A DNA stretch of 58,379 bases. It comes from Candidatus Omnitrophota bacterium. GTDB lineage: Bacteria; Omnitrophota; Gorgyraeia; Zapsychrales; Fredricksoniimonadaceae. Position 1 is the stretch's first letter. Every line of letters begins with the position of its first letter. The stretch spans positions 1-58,379 of the forward strand of contig CAILQW010000039.1 of the NCBI GenBank assembly GCA_903836515.1, given 5' to 3'. Below are positions 1-8,213 of this stretch, one piece after another. The notes beneath the pieces are model-generated. The model saw nothing but the letters and a program-made list of their open reading frames with translations, was not told the origin of the DNA and did not search any database. Both the position numbers and the translations under genes were made by a program.

Positions 1-139
1 CCCCGACTTAATCAAAACAATCATGCAATACATTGAAACGAACAATCAAAATCCGCACGTCTTTGTTTGGACGGCGTCGGTTGAGCGAATTCTGACAAAG
101 ATCGCCAAATGTAAAGAAGTGTTGGTAACACTACACTAG
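1..139 (+). mobile_element. 3' end of IS630-family transposase (truncated by window edge)
   Basis: Frame from nt 2 reads PDLIKTIMQYIETNNQNPHVFVWTASVERILTKIAKCKEVLVTLH*, the typical IS630 C-terminus (N..P..F.WT...IL.K); the stop lies in ACACTAG (CTAG 136-139), as at IS630 right ends. Not in the ORF track. Confidence 0.8.
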
Positions 140-184
140 CATATCCGGTTATTTTTGTCTTCTCAACAACGGAAAAAAATAAAG

Positions 185-213
185 TTGCATGAATCAAGGG
201 GCTTCACTATAAT
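185..213 (+). promoter_or_regulatory. sigma70-type promoter for small-protein/tRNA unit
   Basis: TTGCAT (185-190), 17 nt, TATAAT (208-213). Confidence 0.75.
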
Positions 214-292
214 ACGCCTCTCATCTTAAGCCCTCCGTGCCGGTCGGTACGTTTGTGGCGTTAGAGGATAGTAAAAAGGAGAAAGAAGCATT

Positions 293-517
293 ATGGGTAA
301 GGTCAAGCCGGAAAATGAATGGAAGTTCAAGTGTGCCCAGAGCGGTAAAGCGATCAAGCGCCGCAAGCGTTATTATCGTAACGGCAAATATTTCCTGAAC
401 AAGGCCTCATGGCAGGCGTTTGTGGAGAAGCAGAAAGAAGCCGCCGCGACGGCCGCCGCAGCCGCAGCAACGGCCGCCGCAGCCGCAGCAACGGCCGCCG
501 GAGAAGCGAAGGCGTAG
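293..517 (+). CDS. Small basic protein with degenerate treble-clef/TRASH-like core and Ala-rich tail
   Basis: AAGGAG RBS and strong promoter upstream; CAQSGK...YYRNGKYFLNK core; 74 aa. Confidence 0.7.
   Translation: MGKVKPENEWKFKCAQSGKAIKRRKRYYRNGKYFLNKASWQAFVEKQKEAAATAAAAAATAAAAAATAAGEAKA
449..500 (+). repeat. 21-bp in-frame tandem repeat (about 2.5 copies) encoding TAAAAAA
   Basis: ACGGCCGCCGCAGCCGCAGCA at 449-469 and 470-490, partial copy 491-500. Confidence 0.9.
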
Positions 518-556
518 TATTCTTTGTTGTTGTTCTTTGGACAAGAAATGAATTAT

Positions 557-630
557 GGGGCCGTAGCTCAGTTTGGGAGAGCGCCTGCATGGCATGCAGG
601 AGGTCGTGGGTTCGACCCCCATCGGCTCCA
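557..630 (+). tRNA. tRNA-Ala(GGC)
   Basis: GGGGCCG acceptor stem, anticodon arm CCTGC-AT-GGC-AT-GCAGG, GGTTCGA T-loop; 3' CCA not encoded. Confidence 0.95.
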
Positions 631-640
631 CTTTTTTTTC

Positions 641-723
641 GCTGGAGTGGCGGAACGGTATACGCGTCGGTCTCAAAAACCGATGTTCGCAAGGGCGTGT
701 GGGTTCGAGTCCCACCTCCAGCA
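641..723 (+). tRNA. tRNA-Leu(CAA)
   Basis: GCTGGAG/CTCCAGC acceptor stem, anticodon arm TCGGT-CT-CAA-AA-ACCGA, long variable arm, GGTTCGAG T-loop; 3' CCA not encoded. Confidence 0.95.
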
Positions 724-785
724 TTCTTACCTGCCTCAAAAATTTCCCTTGATAGTAAGCTAAGCATGTTCAGATGAGACGCTGT

Positions 786-894
786 CAGGCGCGGCGGCCT
801 GTCTTGCTACTCAGACAGCAGAAACAGCTTTTTCTGAAAGGAATCAGGGAAAGCTTGGTTTCTGAACTCGTATCAAGACAGGCCGCCACGCCTG
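786..894. other. Long rod-like inverted repeat (candidate ncRNA or non-autonomous repeat)
   Basis: 786-810 pairs with 870-894 (perfect 14-bp core 793-806/874-887); inner helices 819-825/858-864 and 826-837/844-855. Confidence 0.55.
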
Positions 895-901
895 GGCTAT
901 C

Positions 902-929
902 GTCAACCATACACTTCCCCATGGTTGAC
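902..929. promoter_or_regulatory. BirA operator (bioO-like)
   Basis: GTCAACC-N14-GGTTGAC matches the known BirA box geometry; overlaps the -35 of the birA/bio promoter. Confidence 0.85.
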
Positions 930-953
930 AATTTATTTTCCCTCCGGTAGAAT
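925..953 (+). promoter_or_regulatory. sigma70 promoter of birA-bio operon (probably leaderless mRNA)
   Basis: TTGACA (925-930), 17 nt, TAGAAT (948-953); ATG at 961 with no Shine-Dalgarno. Confidence 0.8.
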
Positions 954-960
954 CAATTTC

Positions 961-1914
961 ATGCAGACCAGGATACTCCGCGCCCTCAGGATCCATGAAG
1001 GGTACCTTTCCGGAGAAGAGATCAGCCGGGCCCTTAACATCAGCCGTGCGGCCATATGGAAATATATGGACCACCTGCGCGCGCTGGGCTATGAGATCGA
1101 AGCCTTCCCGCATCGCGGGTACCGCTTTGTGTCGGCGCCGGACAAGCTTTTGCCTTTTGAGGTCCAGCATGGGCTGGGCACGCGCAAATTCGGCTGCGAT
1201 GTCCACCATTTCGAGAGTGTCGCTTCGACGATGGACGAGGCCTTCCGTTTGGCGCTGGAGGGTTATCCCGAGGGTACGGTGGTGGTGGCCGAGTCCCAGA
1301 CCAAAGGGCGCGGTCGCATGGGGCGTCACTGGTCGTCGCCCAAAGGCCGGGGGATCTATTTTTCCCTGATCCTGCGTCCGGGCATACCGCCGTCCCAGGC
1401 CTCGCTGTTGACGCTTGCCGCTGCCGTGGCGTTGAGTGAAGCCATTGAGACGGTTGTCCCTCAGGCGCAGGCACGCATCAAATGGCCCAACGATCTTTTG
1501 GTGGGCGGCAAGAAACTCTGCGGGATACTCACGGAACTTCGTGCCGAGACGGACCGGGTGCAGTTTGTGGTGGTGGGGGTGGGCATTAATGTGAACAATA
1601 CGGCGCCCCAGCTTTTACCGGAGGCAACGTCCTTGCGCGCTGAAACAGGAGTGTCGTGGCCGCGTCTTTTGATCTTTCAGCAGGTTTTGCGGACATTTGA
1701 AAAAATTTACATGGCCTTTTTGCGCCATGGCCCCGGTGCGGTCCTGGAGGGATGGAAGGCGCGTTCCGCGACGCTGGGGTGTCGGGTTCGTTTTACGGAA
1801 CGGGGTGTTGCCTTTGTCGGAGTGGCGGAGGCATTGGCTGATGATGGCGGGCTCATGGTGCGCCTTCCTGACGGGAAGCTGGTCAAACGTGTGGCAGGAG
1901 ATGTCCTGTTATGA
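961..1914 (+). CDS. birA: Bifunctional biotin--[acetyl-CoA carboxylase] ligase / biotin operon repressor
   Basis: N-terminal wHTH (SGEEISRALNISRAAIWK), QTKGRGRMGRHW, KWPND, KLCGIL motifs; start moved from 925 to ATG 961. Confidence 0.95.
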   Translation: MQTRILRALRIHEGYLSGEEISRALNISRAAIWKYMDHLRALGYEIEAFPHRGYRFVSAPDKLLPFEVQHGLGTRKFGCDVHHFESVASTMDEAFRLALEGYPEGTVVVAESQTKGRGRMGRHWSSPKGRGIYFSLILRPGIPPSQASLLTLAAAVALSEAIETVVPQAQARIKWPNDLLVGGKKLCGILTELRAETDRVQFVVVGVGINVNNTAPQLLPEATSLRAETGVSWPRLLIFQQVLRTFEKIYMAFLRHGPGAVLEGWKARSATLGCRVRFTERGVAFVGVAEALADDGGLMVRLPDGKLVKRVAGDVLL

Positions 1915-3062
1915 AAGACTTTCTGGATCGCCGGATCCATGATCTTGAGGCAGCCGGTTTGCGGCGTTCATTGCGGCCGCTCACATCGCCGCAGGGGCGT
2001 GAGATTGTCCTTGAGGGCCGGCGTGTCCTTAATTTTTGTTCCAATGATTATCTGGGGTTGGCCGCAGATCCGCGTCTCGCGCAGGCCGCCAAAGAGGCCT
2101 TGGGGCGGCGCGGTTTTGGCGCCGGGGCCTCCCGGCTGGTGTGCGGCGATATCGATGAACATGAGGCACTGGAAGATGAGCTGGCGCAGTTTAAGCATGC
2201 GGAAGCCTCACTGCTTTTTAGTTGCGGGCATATGGCCAACACCGGCATCATTCCTTCCCTGGTGGGGCGCGGGGATGCCGTTTTTGCCGATAAATTGAAT
2301 CATGCCTCTTTGGTGGACGGGGTCATGTTGAGCCGAGCGGCGTTTCATCGTTATCCGCACGCGCGGATGGATGTGCTCGAGGATATGCTTAACAAGGCCG
2401 AGGATATTCCCCGGAAACTGATCGTGACGGATACGGTGTTCAGCATGGACGGGGATGTGGCGCCGCTGGGCGATCTGTGCGCCCTGGCGAAGAAATACGA
2501 TGCCTGGGTGATGGTGGATGAAGCGCATGCTTTCGGGGTTCTGGGGCCTACAGGCGCGGGGCTGGTTGAGGAAATGAGCCTGGGTGATGCGGTCCACGTG
2601 CAGATGGGGACGCTCTCGAAGGCCGCCGGCAGCTATGGCGCGTATGGCGCTGGCTCACGCGCCCTCAAGGAGGTCCTCCTCAACACGGCGCGGAGTTTTA
2701 TTTTTACGACCGGGTTGCCGCCATTGGTGGCCGCGGCCTCGCGTTGTGCGCTGGGGATCATGCGCGCGGAGTCCTGGCGCCGCAGCACATTGATTGAGAA
2801 TGCCCGATGCATGCGTGCGGCGTTGCAGCAGGCCGGGTTTGACACAGGCCACAGCACAACTCCCATTATTCCGGTTATGATCAAAGATGCCGCGCGTGCC
2901 GCTGATATCTCGCGCAAGTTGCTGGCGCGGGGGTTTTTTGTGTCTGCCATCCGGCCTCCGACGGTGCCGGTCAACACCGCGCGCCTGCGCGTGACGGTTA
3001 CCGCCCTGCATACGGCGGAGGATATTACGGGGTGTGTGGAGGCGCTCAAAGATGTCTTTTGA
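1911..3062 (+). CDS. bioF: 8-amino-7-oxononanoate synthase
   Basis: NFCSNDYLGL, NHASLVDG, FSMDGD, DEAH, GTLSKA (PLP Lys), IRPPTVP. Confidence 0.95.
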   Translation: MKDFLDRRIHDLEAAGLRRSLRPLTSPQGREIVLEGRRVLNFCSNDYLGLAADPRLAQAAKEALGRRGFGAGASRLVCGDIDEHEALEDELAQFKHAEASLLFSCGHMANTGIIPSLVGRGDAVFADKLNHASLVDGVMLSRAAFHRYPHARMDVLEDMLNKAEDIPRKLIVTDTVFSMDGDVAPLGDLCALAKKYDAWVMVDEAHAFGVLGPTGAGLVEEMSLGDAVHVQMGTLSKAAGSYGAYGAGSRALKEVLLNTARSFIFTTGLPPLVAAASRCALGIMRAESWRRSTLIENARCMRAALQQAGFDTGHSTTPIIPVMIKDAARAADISRKLLARGFFVSAIRPPTVPVNTARLRVTVTALHTAEDITGCVEALKDVF

Positions 3063-3816
3063 GAAATCCGGCCGTGGGGCGCATGTGTTCATCCACGGGT
3101 TTGGCGGATACCGCGGTCTCTGGAAGGCGCAGGAAGAATATTTTGGGACCGTTGGACGTGCCATAGCCGTTGATCTTCCCGGGCACGGGGCTTCGGTGTG
3201 GAAGGGGGAAACATTGCGTGCTATGGCGCATGGCGTGGCCCAAACCCTTGATGCGCTGGCTATCAGGCAGGGCGCGTTTGTGGCAAGTTCTTTCGGAGGG
3301 CTTGTGGCCCTGGAATTGTGGCAGATCCGTCCTGATCTTTTCAGGTCCATGACCTTGGTGGGGGCTGTCCCGTGTTTTACCGCGGCGGAAAGAATCCCGG
3401 CGGGCTTGAGCGTTGAACGCATCCATGCGCTTGGCCTTCAACTGGAAGGCGATACCGCTGCGGTGCTGGATATGTTTTTTCGCTCGCTGTTCACCCGTCG
3501 CGAGCGTGAGGATCCTTTCTATGCTGTTGTCAGGCAATGCCAAAAGAGGATCCCTGTCCCGTCGAAGGAAGCCTTGCACGCTTTTTTAAATATCCTGGCG
3601 TCTGCGGATCTGAGGGATGTGCTGGCGTGTGTCCGGGTCCCGGTCCAGTTGGTGTGGGGGGACGGAGATTATATTTGTCCCGAGGCGCTCATGGCGCCGT
3701 TGAAAGAGCTTTGTCCTGCGGTGCGGATGGACGTGATGCCCGGCTGCGGGCATTTACCGTTTTTGTCCAGCCCTGTTGAATTCAATAAACGTGTGAAGGA
3801 GTTTACAGGCATATGA
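3052..3816 (+). CDS. bioH: Pimeloyl-ACP methyl ester carboxylesterase (alpha/beta hydrolase)
   Basis: HGFG, DLPGHG, ASSFGG nucleophile elbow, GDGD, GHLPF; lies between bioF and bioC. Confidence 0.85.
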   Translation: MSFEKSGRGAHVFIHGFGGYRGLWKAQEEYFGTVGRAIAVDLPGHGASVWKGETLRAMAHGVAQTLDALAIRQGAFVASSFGGLVALELWQIRPDLFRSMTLVGAVPCFTAAERIPAGLSVERIHALGLQLEGDTAAVLDMFFRSLFTRREREDPFYAVVRQCQKRIPVPSKEALHAFLNILASADLRDVLACVRVPVQLVWGDGDYICPEALMAPLKELCPAVRMDVMPGCGHLPFLSSPVEFNKRVKEFTGI

Positions 3817-4586
3817 CCCCGCATGGGCATGATATGATCCGGCAGCGATTTTCCGATGCCGCCGCACGATACGCCGCCCTGGCGGATATTCAGGCGGCGG
3901 TCGCGCACCATCTTGCGCAAAAGCTGGACGTTCGGGGTGCGTTTGTTCTGGATGTGGGCGCCGGGGACGGGGCGGTGGCGGGTCATTTGTTGCAGGCGGG
4001 CGGCCGCGTTGTGGCCCTGGATACGGCGTGGGGCATGGTCGAAGCCGGACGGCGGCGTTTTTCCGGGGCTGCCTGGGTTCAGGCGGATGCCTGTGCGTTG
4101 CCGTTTGGCGATAAATGTTTTGATGTGGTGGCATCGGCATCCGCGTACCAGTGGGTTCACAGCCTGCCGTGTGCTTTCAGCGAAGCGCGGCGTGTACTTA
4201 GGCCCGGGGGGCTTTTTTCCGCTGTCATGTTCGCCGGGGGGACATTGGCTGAGTTTTTCCAAAGCCTGGAAGGTGCGGCGTGTAAGCTGGACAAGCCTTT
4301 GCCGCCGATGAGGCATCTGCCCGGGGTGGAGGATGTGCAGGCCGCCATGCGCGCAGCGGGCTTCAAGAGCCCCAAGATCGTCGCAGAACAACGCAGGACT
4401 TCGTTTTCCAGCGTGACCGCCCTGCTTGTATGGCTCAAGGGGATCGGGGCCAACAGCCTGGCGCGCCGGTTTTACTGGGGCCGGGGGCTTTTGGCCACGA
4501 CGGAAAAAGAATACCGGGCCAGGTTCATGCACGACGATAAATTGCGTGCAAGTTTTGAACTGGTGTGGATCGAGGCGCTGGCATGA
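3813..4586 (+). CDS. bioC: Malonyl-ACP O-methyltransferase
   Basis: RFSDAAARY..A.IQ, VLDVGAGDG SAM motif, LKGIGAN; bio operon context. Confidence 0.9.
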   Translation: MTPHGHDMIRQRFSDAAARYAALADIQAAVAHHLAQKLDVRGAFVLDVGAGDGAVAGHLLQAGGRVVALDTAWGMVEAGRRRFSGAAWVQADACALPFGDKCFDVVASASAYQWVHSLPCAFSEARRVLRPGGLFSAVMFAGGTLAEFFQSLEGAACKLDKPLPPMRHLPGVEDVQAAMRAAGFKSPKIVAEQRRTSFSSVTALLVWLKGIGANSLARRFYWGRGLLATTEKEYRARFMHDDKLRASFELVWIEALA

Positions 4587-6628
4587 AAACATTTTTTATC
4601 ACAGGCACAGATACCGGTGTAGGGAAAACTTATACCACCCTGGCCCTTGGCGTGTTGTTGAAGGCGGCGGGCCATGATGTGGGGGTGTTCAAGCCTGTTC
4701 AGTCCGGGGTCGGGGATGCCGAATTCCTGAAAGACCGGCTGGGGATCATCGACGGCCTGCGTGAGATCAATCCGTTTTGGGCGCCGGAACCGCTTTCGCC
4801 GCATCTTGCTTTTCGACGTGCCGGCATCAAGGTTTTACCGGGAAAGATCCTTGCTGCTTACCATAAAATCGCGGTGCGCCATCAGATCATGCTGGTGGAA
4901 GGGGCGGGCGGGCTGCTGGTCCCCATTACGCGGGGTTATGCGATGGCGGACCTGGCCAGGGATCTTGATGCCGAGCTTATTATTGTGGCACGCCTGGGGT
5001 TGGGGACGATCAACCATACGCTCCTGACGGTCCATGAGGCCCGGCGCCGGGGGGTGCGTGTGGCCGGAGTTATTTTTTGCGATGCCAGCGGCACCCGTCC
5101 GGGGATCCCGGAGCGGACCAATCCGCAGGCTGTCCGGGAATTTTCCGGTGTTGCCGTGCTTGGCACCGTGCCATTTTTAAAAAAGACAGATGCCGCCAGT
5201 GTGGCGCGTTGTTGCCGCGGGCGTATCGATATGGCCCCCTTGCTATCAGTCACGCGGCCGGATGCCGGCAAGCTTGTGGCCATGGACAAAAAATATGTCT
5301 GGCATCCTTTCACCCAGATGCAGGATTGGCTGGCAGACGTTCCCGACGAGCCGCTGGTCATTGACCGCGGCGAGGGGTCGTATCTTGTTGACACCCGGGG
5401 TCGCAGGTATCTGGATGCGACCTCAAGCCTGTGGGTAACGGTGCACGGCCATCGCAAGCGCGAACTTGATGAGGCGCTCAAATGCCAGGCGGACAAGATT
5501 GCCCACTCTACGATGCTGGGTCTTTCCAATACACCCGCTGTCGTCTTGGCCAAAAAACTGGTGGATATCGCGCCCAAAGGCCTGGCCAAAGTTTTTTATT
5601 CGGACAACGGTTCGACCGCGGTTGAGATCGCCCTCAAGATGTCCTATCAGTACTGGCAGAATACCGGGCAGAAGAAAAAAACGGCGTTGGTGCATCTGGC
5701 GAATTCTTATCACGGCGACACTCTCGGCAGTGTGAGCGTGGGGGGCATTGCCCTTTTCCATCAGGTTTACCGCAAGCTGATCTTTAAAACGATCAGGCTT
5801 GAAACGCCGGATTGTTACCGGGCACCGGCGGGGAAGAAGTATCCGGATTACGCCTTTGAGGCTGTAGATCGTTTTGAGGCCCTTTTAAAGAAGAAACACG
5901 GCCAGATCGCCTCGCTGGTGCTGGAGCCGGTGGTGCAGGGGGCGGCCGGCATGATCATGTGGCCCCGGGGCGTCCTCAAGCGCTTTGAAGAGCTTTGCCG
6001 CCGGCATGATGTATTCCTTATCGCCGATGAGGTGGCTACCGGTTTTGGCCGGACGGGAACCATGTTCGCGTGTGAACACGAGGATGTCCATCCGGACTTT
6101 TTATGTGTAGCCAAGGGGATCACCGGCGGCTATCTGCCGCTGGCCGCGACGCTGACGACCCAGCGGATCTTTGACGGGTTTCTTTTTCCCTACAAGGACA
6201 TGAAAACATTTTTTCACGGCCATACGTACACCGGCAACCCGCTGGCATGCGCTGTGGCTATCGCCAACATCGATCTTTTCAGGAAAGAACGGTTGCTGGC
6301 GAGGCTGCAACCCAAGATCAGGTTTTTGGAGAAGCGTCTGGCGCGTCTTGGGGAACATCCTTGTGTCGGTGATATCCGCCAGCGCGGGTTTATGGTCGGC
6401 ATTGAGCTGGTCGCGGAACGGCGCACCAAGAAGCCTTTCCCCTGGCAGGACCGTGTCGGCGCCCGCGTCTGTGAAGCGGCGCGCCCGTACGGGGTCCTTC
6501 TGCGCCCCCTGGGGAATGTCATCGTCCTCATGCCGCCATTATCCATGAGCCGGGATGAACTGGATGCCATGGTCACGGCCCTGGAGAAGGCGATCGGGGA
6601 TGTGTTAGGACCGGAAATACAATTATAA
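4583..6628 (+). CDS. bioDA: Fused dethiobiotin synthase / adenosylmethionine-8-amino-7-oxononanoate aminotransferase
   Basis: N-half ITGTDTGVGKT, EGAGG, LGTINHT (BioD); C-half WHPFTQM, YHGDT, DEVATGFGRTG, AKGITGGYLP, HGHTYTGNP (BioA); single uninterrupted ORF. Confidence 0.92.
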   Translation: MKTFFITGTDTGVGKTYTTLALGVLLKAAGHDVGVFKPVQSGVGDAEFLKDRLGIIDGLREINPFWAPEPLSPHLAFRRAGIKVLPGKILAAYHKIAVRHQIMLVEGAGGLLVPITRGYAMADLARDLDAELIIVARLGLGTINHTLLTVHEARRRGVRVAGVIFCDASGTRPGIPERTNPQAVREFSGVAVLGTVPFLKKTDAASVARCCRGRIDMAPLLSVTRPDAGKLVAMDKKYVWHPFTQMQDWLADVPDEPLVIDRGEGSYLVDTRGRRYLDATSSLWVTVHGHRKRELDEALKCQADKIAHSTMLGLSNTPAVVLAKKLVDIAPKGLAKVFYSDNGSTAVEIALKMSYQYWQNTGQKKKTALVHLANSYHGDTLGSVSVGGIALFHQVYRKLIFKTIRLETPDCYRAPAGKKYPDYAFEAVDRFEALLKKKHGQIASLVLEPVVQGAAGMIMWPRGVLKRFEELCRRHDVFLIADEVATGFGRTGTMFACEHEDVHPDFLCVAKGITGGYLPLAATLTTQRIFDGFLFPYKDMKTFFHGHTYTGNPLACAVAIANIDLFRKERLLARLQPKIRFLEKRLARLGEHPCVGDIRQRGFMVGIELVAERRTKKPFPWQDRVGARVCEAARPYGVLLRPLGNVIVLMPPLSMSRDELDAMVTALEKAIGDVLGPEIQL

Positions 6629-6651
6629 TTTAGAAGATTTCGTCATTTATC

Positions 6652-6696
6652 ATCCCCCGCCATCGCTTGAGATTCAAGTTGTGGCGAGGATTTTTT
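6652..6696 (+). terminator. Probable intrinsic terminator of bio operon
   Basis: Imperfect ATCC..CGCCA/TGGCG..GGAT hairpin followed by a T run. Confidence 0.6.
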
Positions 6697-6813
6697 GTTT
6701 TACGATACATTTACGCCAAAGGGGTCGTGGCCGCGTATGTGTACCTCGCGGCCATTTTGCGCGATTTTAAGATTGAACTTTAATTCTGCGCTATCCTATG
6801 GTATGCTTTCGCT

Positions 6814-8013
6814 ATGCTGATAAAGAGAGAATTGACCTCAGAATTAAAGAGTATGGCGCGGCAGTACCCGGTGGTAACAATTACTGGGCCACGGCAATCG
6901 GGAAAGACCACTCTGGCGCGCAAGACTTTTCCGAAGCATCGTTACGTTAATCTGGAAGAGCCCGATGTGCGTGAGTTAGCGCAGGCTGATCCACGGGCGT
7001 TTCTGGCAGGATCTGATGGCGGGATGATTTTGGATGAAATTCAGCGAGTTCCTGAGCTTTTATCTTATATCCAGGTCATTGTAGATGAGAAAAAGAAGAA
7101 GGGGCAGTTCATCCTCACGGGTAGCCGGAATTTCGAGATGATGGAATCCGTCACCCAATCTCTGGCCGGGAGGACGGCAATCCTGAGCCTTTTGCCTTTG
7201 AGCATTCTAGAACTAAAGAAGGCCAAGCAGGCCAATACGGTCGATCAGTACCTTATTAAAGGGTTCTATCCGCGCATTTATGCGGATAAATTGGATCCGT
7301 ATAAAGCATATCGAAATTATTTTCAAACATACATTGAACGCGATCTGCGCTCCCTCATCGCGGTTAGGGACTTGGCTATTTTCCAGAAGTTCGTCAGACT
7401 CTGCGCCGGGAGGGTCGGGCAAATCTTTAATGCCAGTGCGTTGTCATCAGAAGTTGGCGTATCCGTTCCAACGATCAATGCCTGGATATCGATTCTTCAG
7501 GAGTCATATATAGTTTGTTTTTTGCAACCATACTTTGCCAATATACGCAAAAGGTTGATCCGGTCGCCCAAGATTTACTTTTATGACGTTGGCTTGGCGG
7601 CCTATCTTTTGGGGGTTGAGAATGTGACCCAGATGAGCAGGGATCCGTTAAGAGGGAACCTGTTCGAGAACATGGTCGTGATGGAGTTGATGAAATACCG
7701 TATCAACAAGGGGCAGGACCACGGGCTGTTTTTTTTCCGGGATGACAAGCAAAACGAGGTTGACGTGATAACCGCTTCCGACAGCGGGATCGTTGGGATT
7801 GAGATCAAATCGTCGATGACATTCCATCAGGATTTCTTGAAAGGTCTGAAATATGTCAAAAAGGTCTTTCATGCTAAACCGTTTCAGGCTGCTGTTATCT
7901 ATGCTGGATCCGGGACACAAGCTGGCAGGGAGTTCTTATTATTGAATTATGAGGATATTTCCTCTCTTTTATCGTCCAGCAAAGCCGGGGTTATCCCGCG
8001 TTCATTTGGATAA
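6814..8013 (+). CDS. AAA_14 family ATPase with DUF4143 and C-terminal nuclease-like motif
   Basis: GPRQSGKT Walker A, LDEIQ Walker B, TGS, ESLAGR-like QSLAGR, PKIYFYDVGL, GNLFEN, EVD..EIKS; extended -10 TGGTATGCT 6 nt before ATG (probably leaderless). Confidence 0.9.
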   Translation: MLIKRELTSELKSMARQYPVVTITGPRQSGKTTLARKTFPKHRYVNLEEPDVRELAQADPRAFLAGSDGGMILDEIQRVPELLSYIQVIVDEKKKKGQFILTGSRNFEMMESVTQSLAGRTAILSLLPLSILELKKAKQANTVDQYLIKGFYPRIYADKLDPYKAYRNYFQTYIERDLRSLIAVRDLAIFQKFVRLCAGRVGQIFNASALSSEVGVSVPTINAWISILQESYIVCFLQPYFANIRKRLIRSPKIYFYDVGLAAYLLGVENVTQMSRDPLRGNLFENMVVMELMKYRINKGQDHGLFFFRDDKQNEVDVITASDSGIVGIEIKSSMTFHQDFLKGLKYVKKVFHAKPFQAAVIYAGSGTQAGREFLLLNYEDISSLLSSSKAGVIPRSFG

Positions 8014-8173
8014 GGACGTCACGTTGTTTGACGCCAAGATTGAGAATGGGAGGATCATCCTGGAGCCGATGCGCGCGGTTCCTCAGATGGATGCGTGGCT
8101 GTACAAGAATCCAAAAGCACTGAATTCCGTTAAAAATGGGCTCAAAGATTCCGCCGAGGGAAGGAAGACATGA
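7990..8173 (+). pseudogene. Remnant of AbrB/MazE-like antitoxin
   Basis: KIENGRIILEP...DAWLYKNPKALNSVKNGLKDSAEGR resembles the C-terminal part of AbrB-type antitoxins; no credible start/RBS, overlaps the AAA gene end, no toxin follows. Confidence 0.5.
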
Positions 8174-8213
8174 AGGCCTACGTGCGCGTCTTTATCATTT
8201 TATGGATATCAAT

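Noticed and set aside
354-777. ORFs 354-767, 407-739, 409-777 and 524-763
   Set aside because: They overlap the two tRNA genes; typical tRNA shadow translations.
786-894. SRP RNA or terminator as identity of the long hairpin
   Set aside because: The conserved SRP helix-8 motif (CAGG..GNRA..AGCA) is not present and there is no U tail.
6728-6754. TGGCCGCG...CGCGGCCA hairpin upstream of the AAA gene
   Set aside because: Single copy, no T tail or known motif; cannot assign a function.
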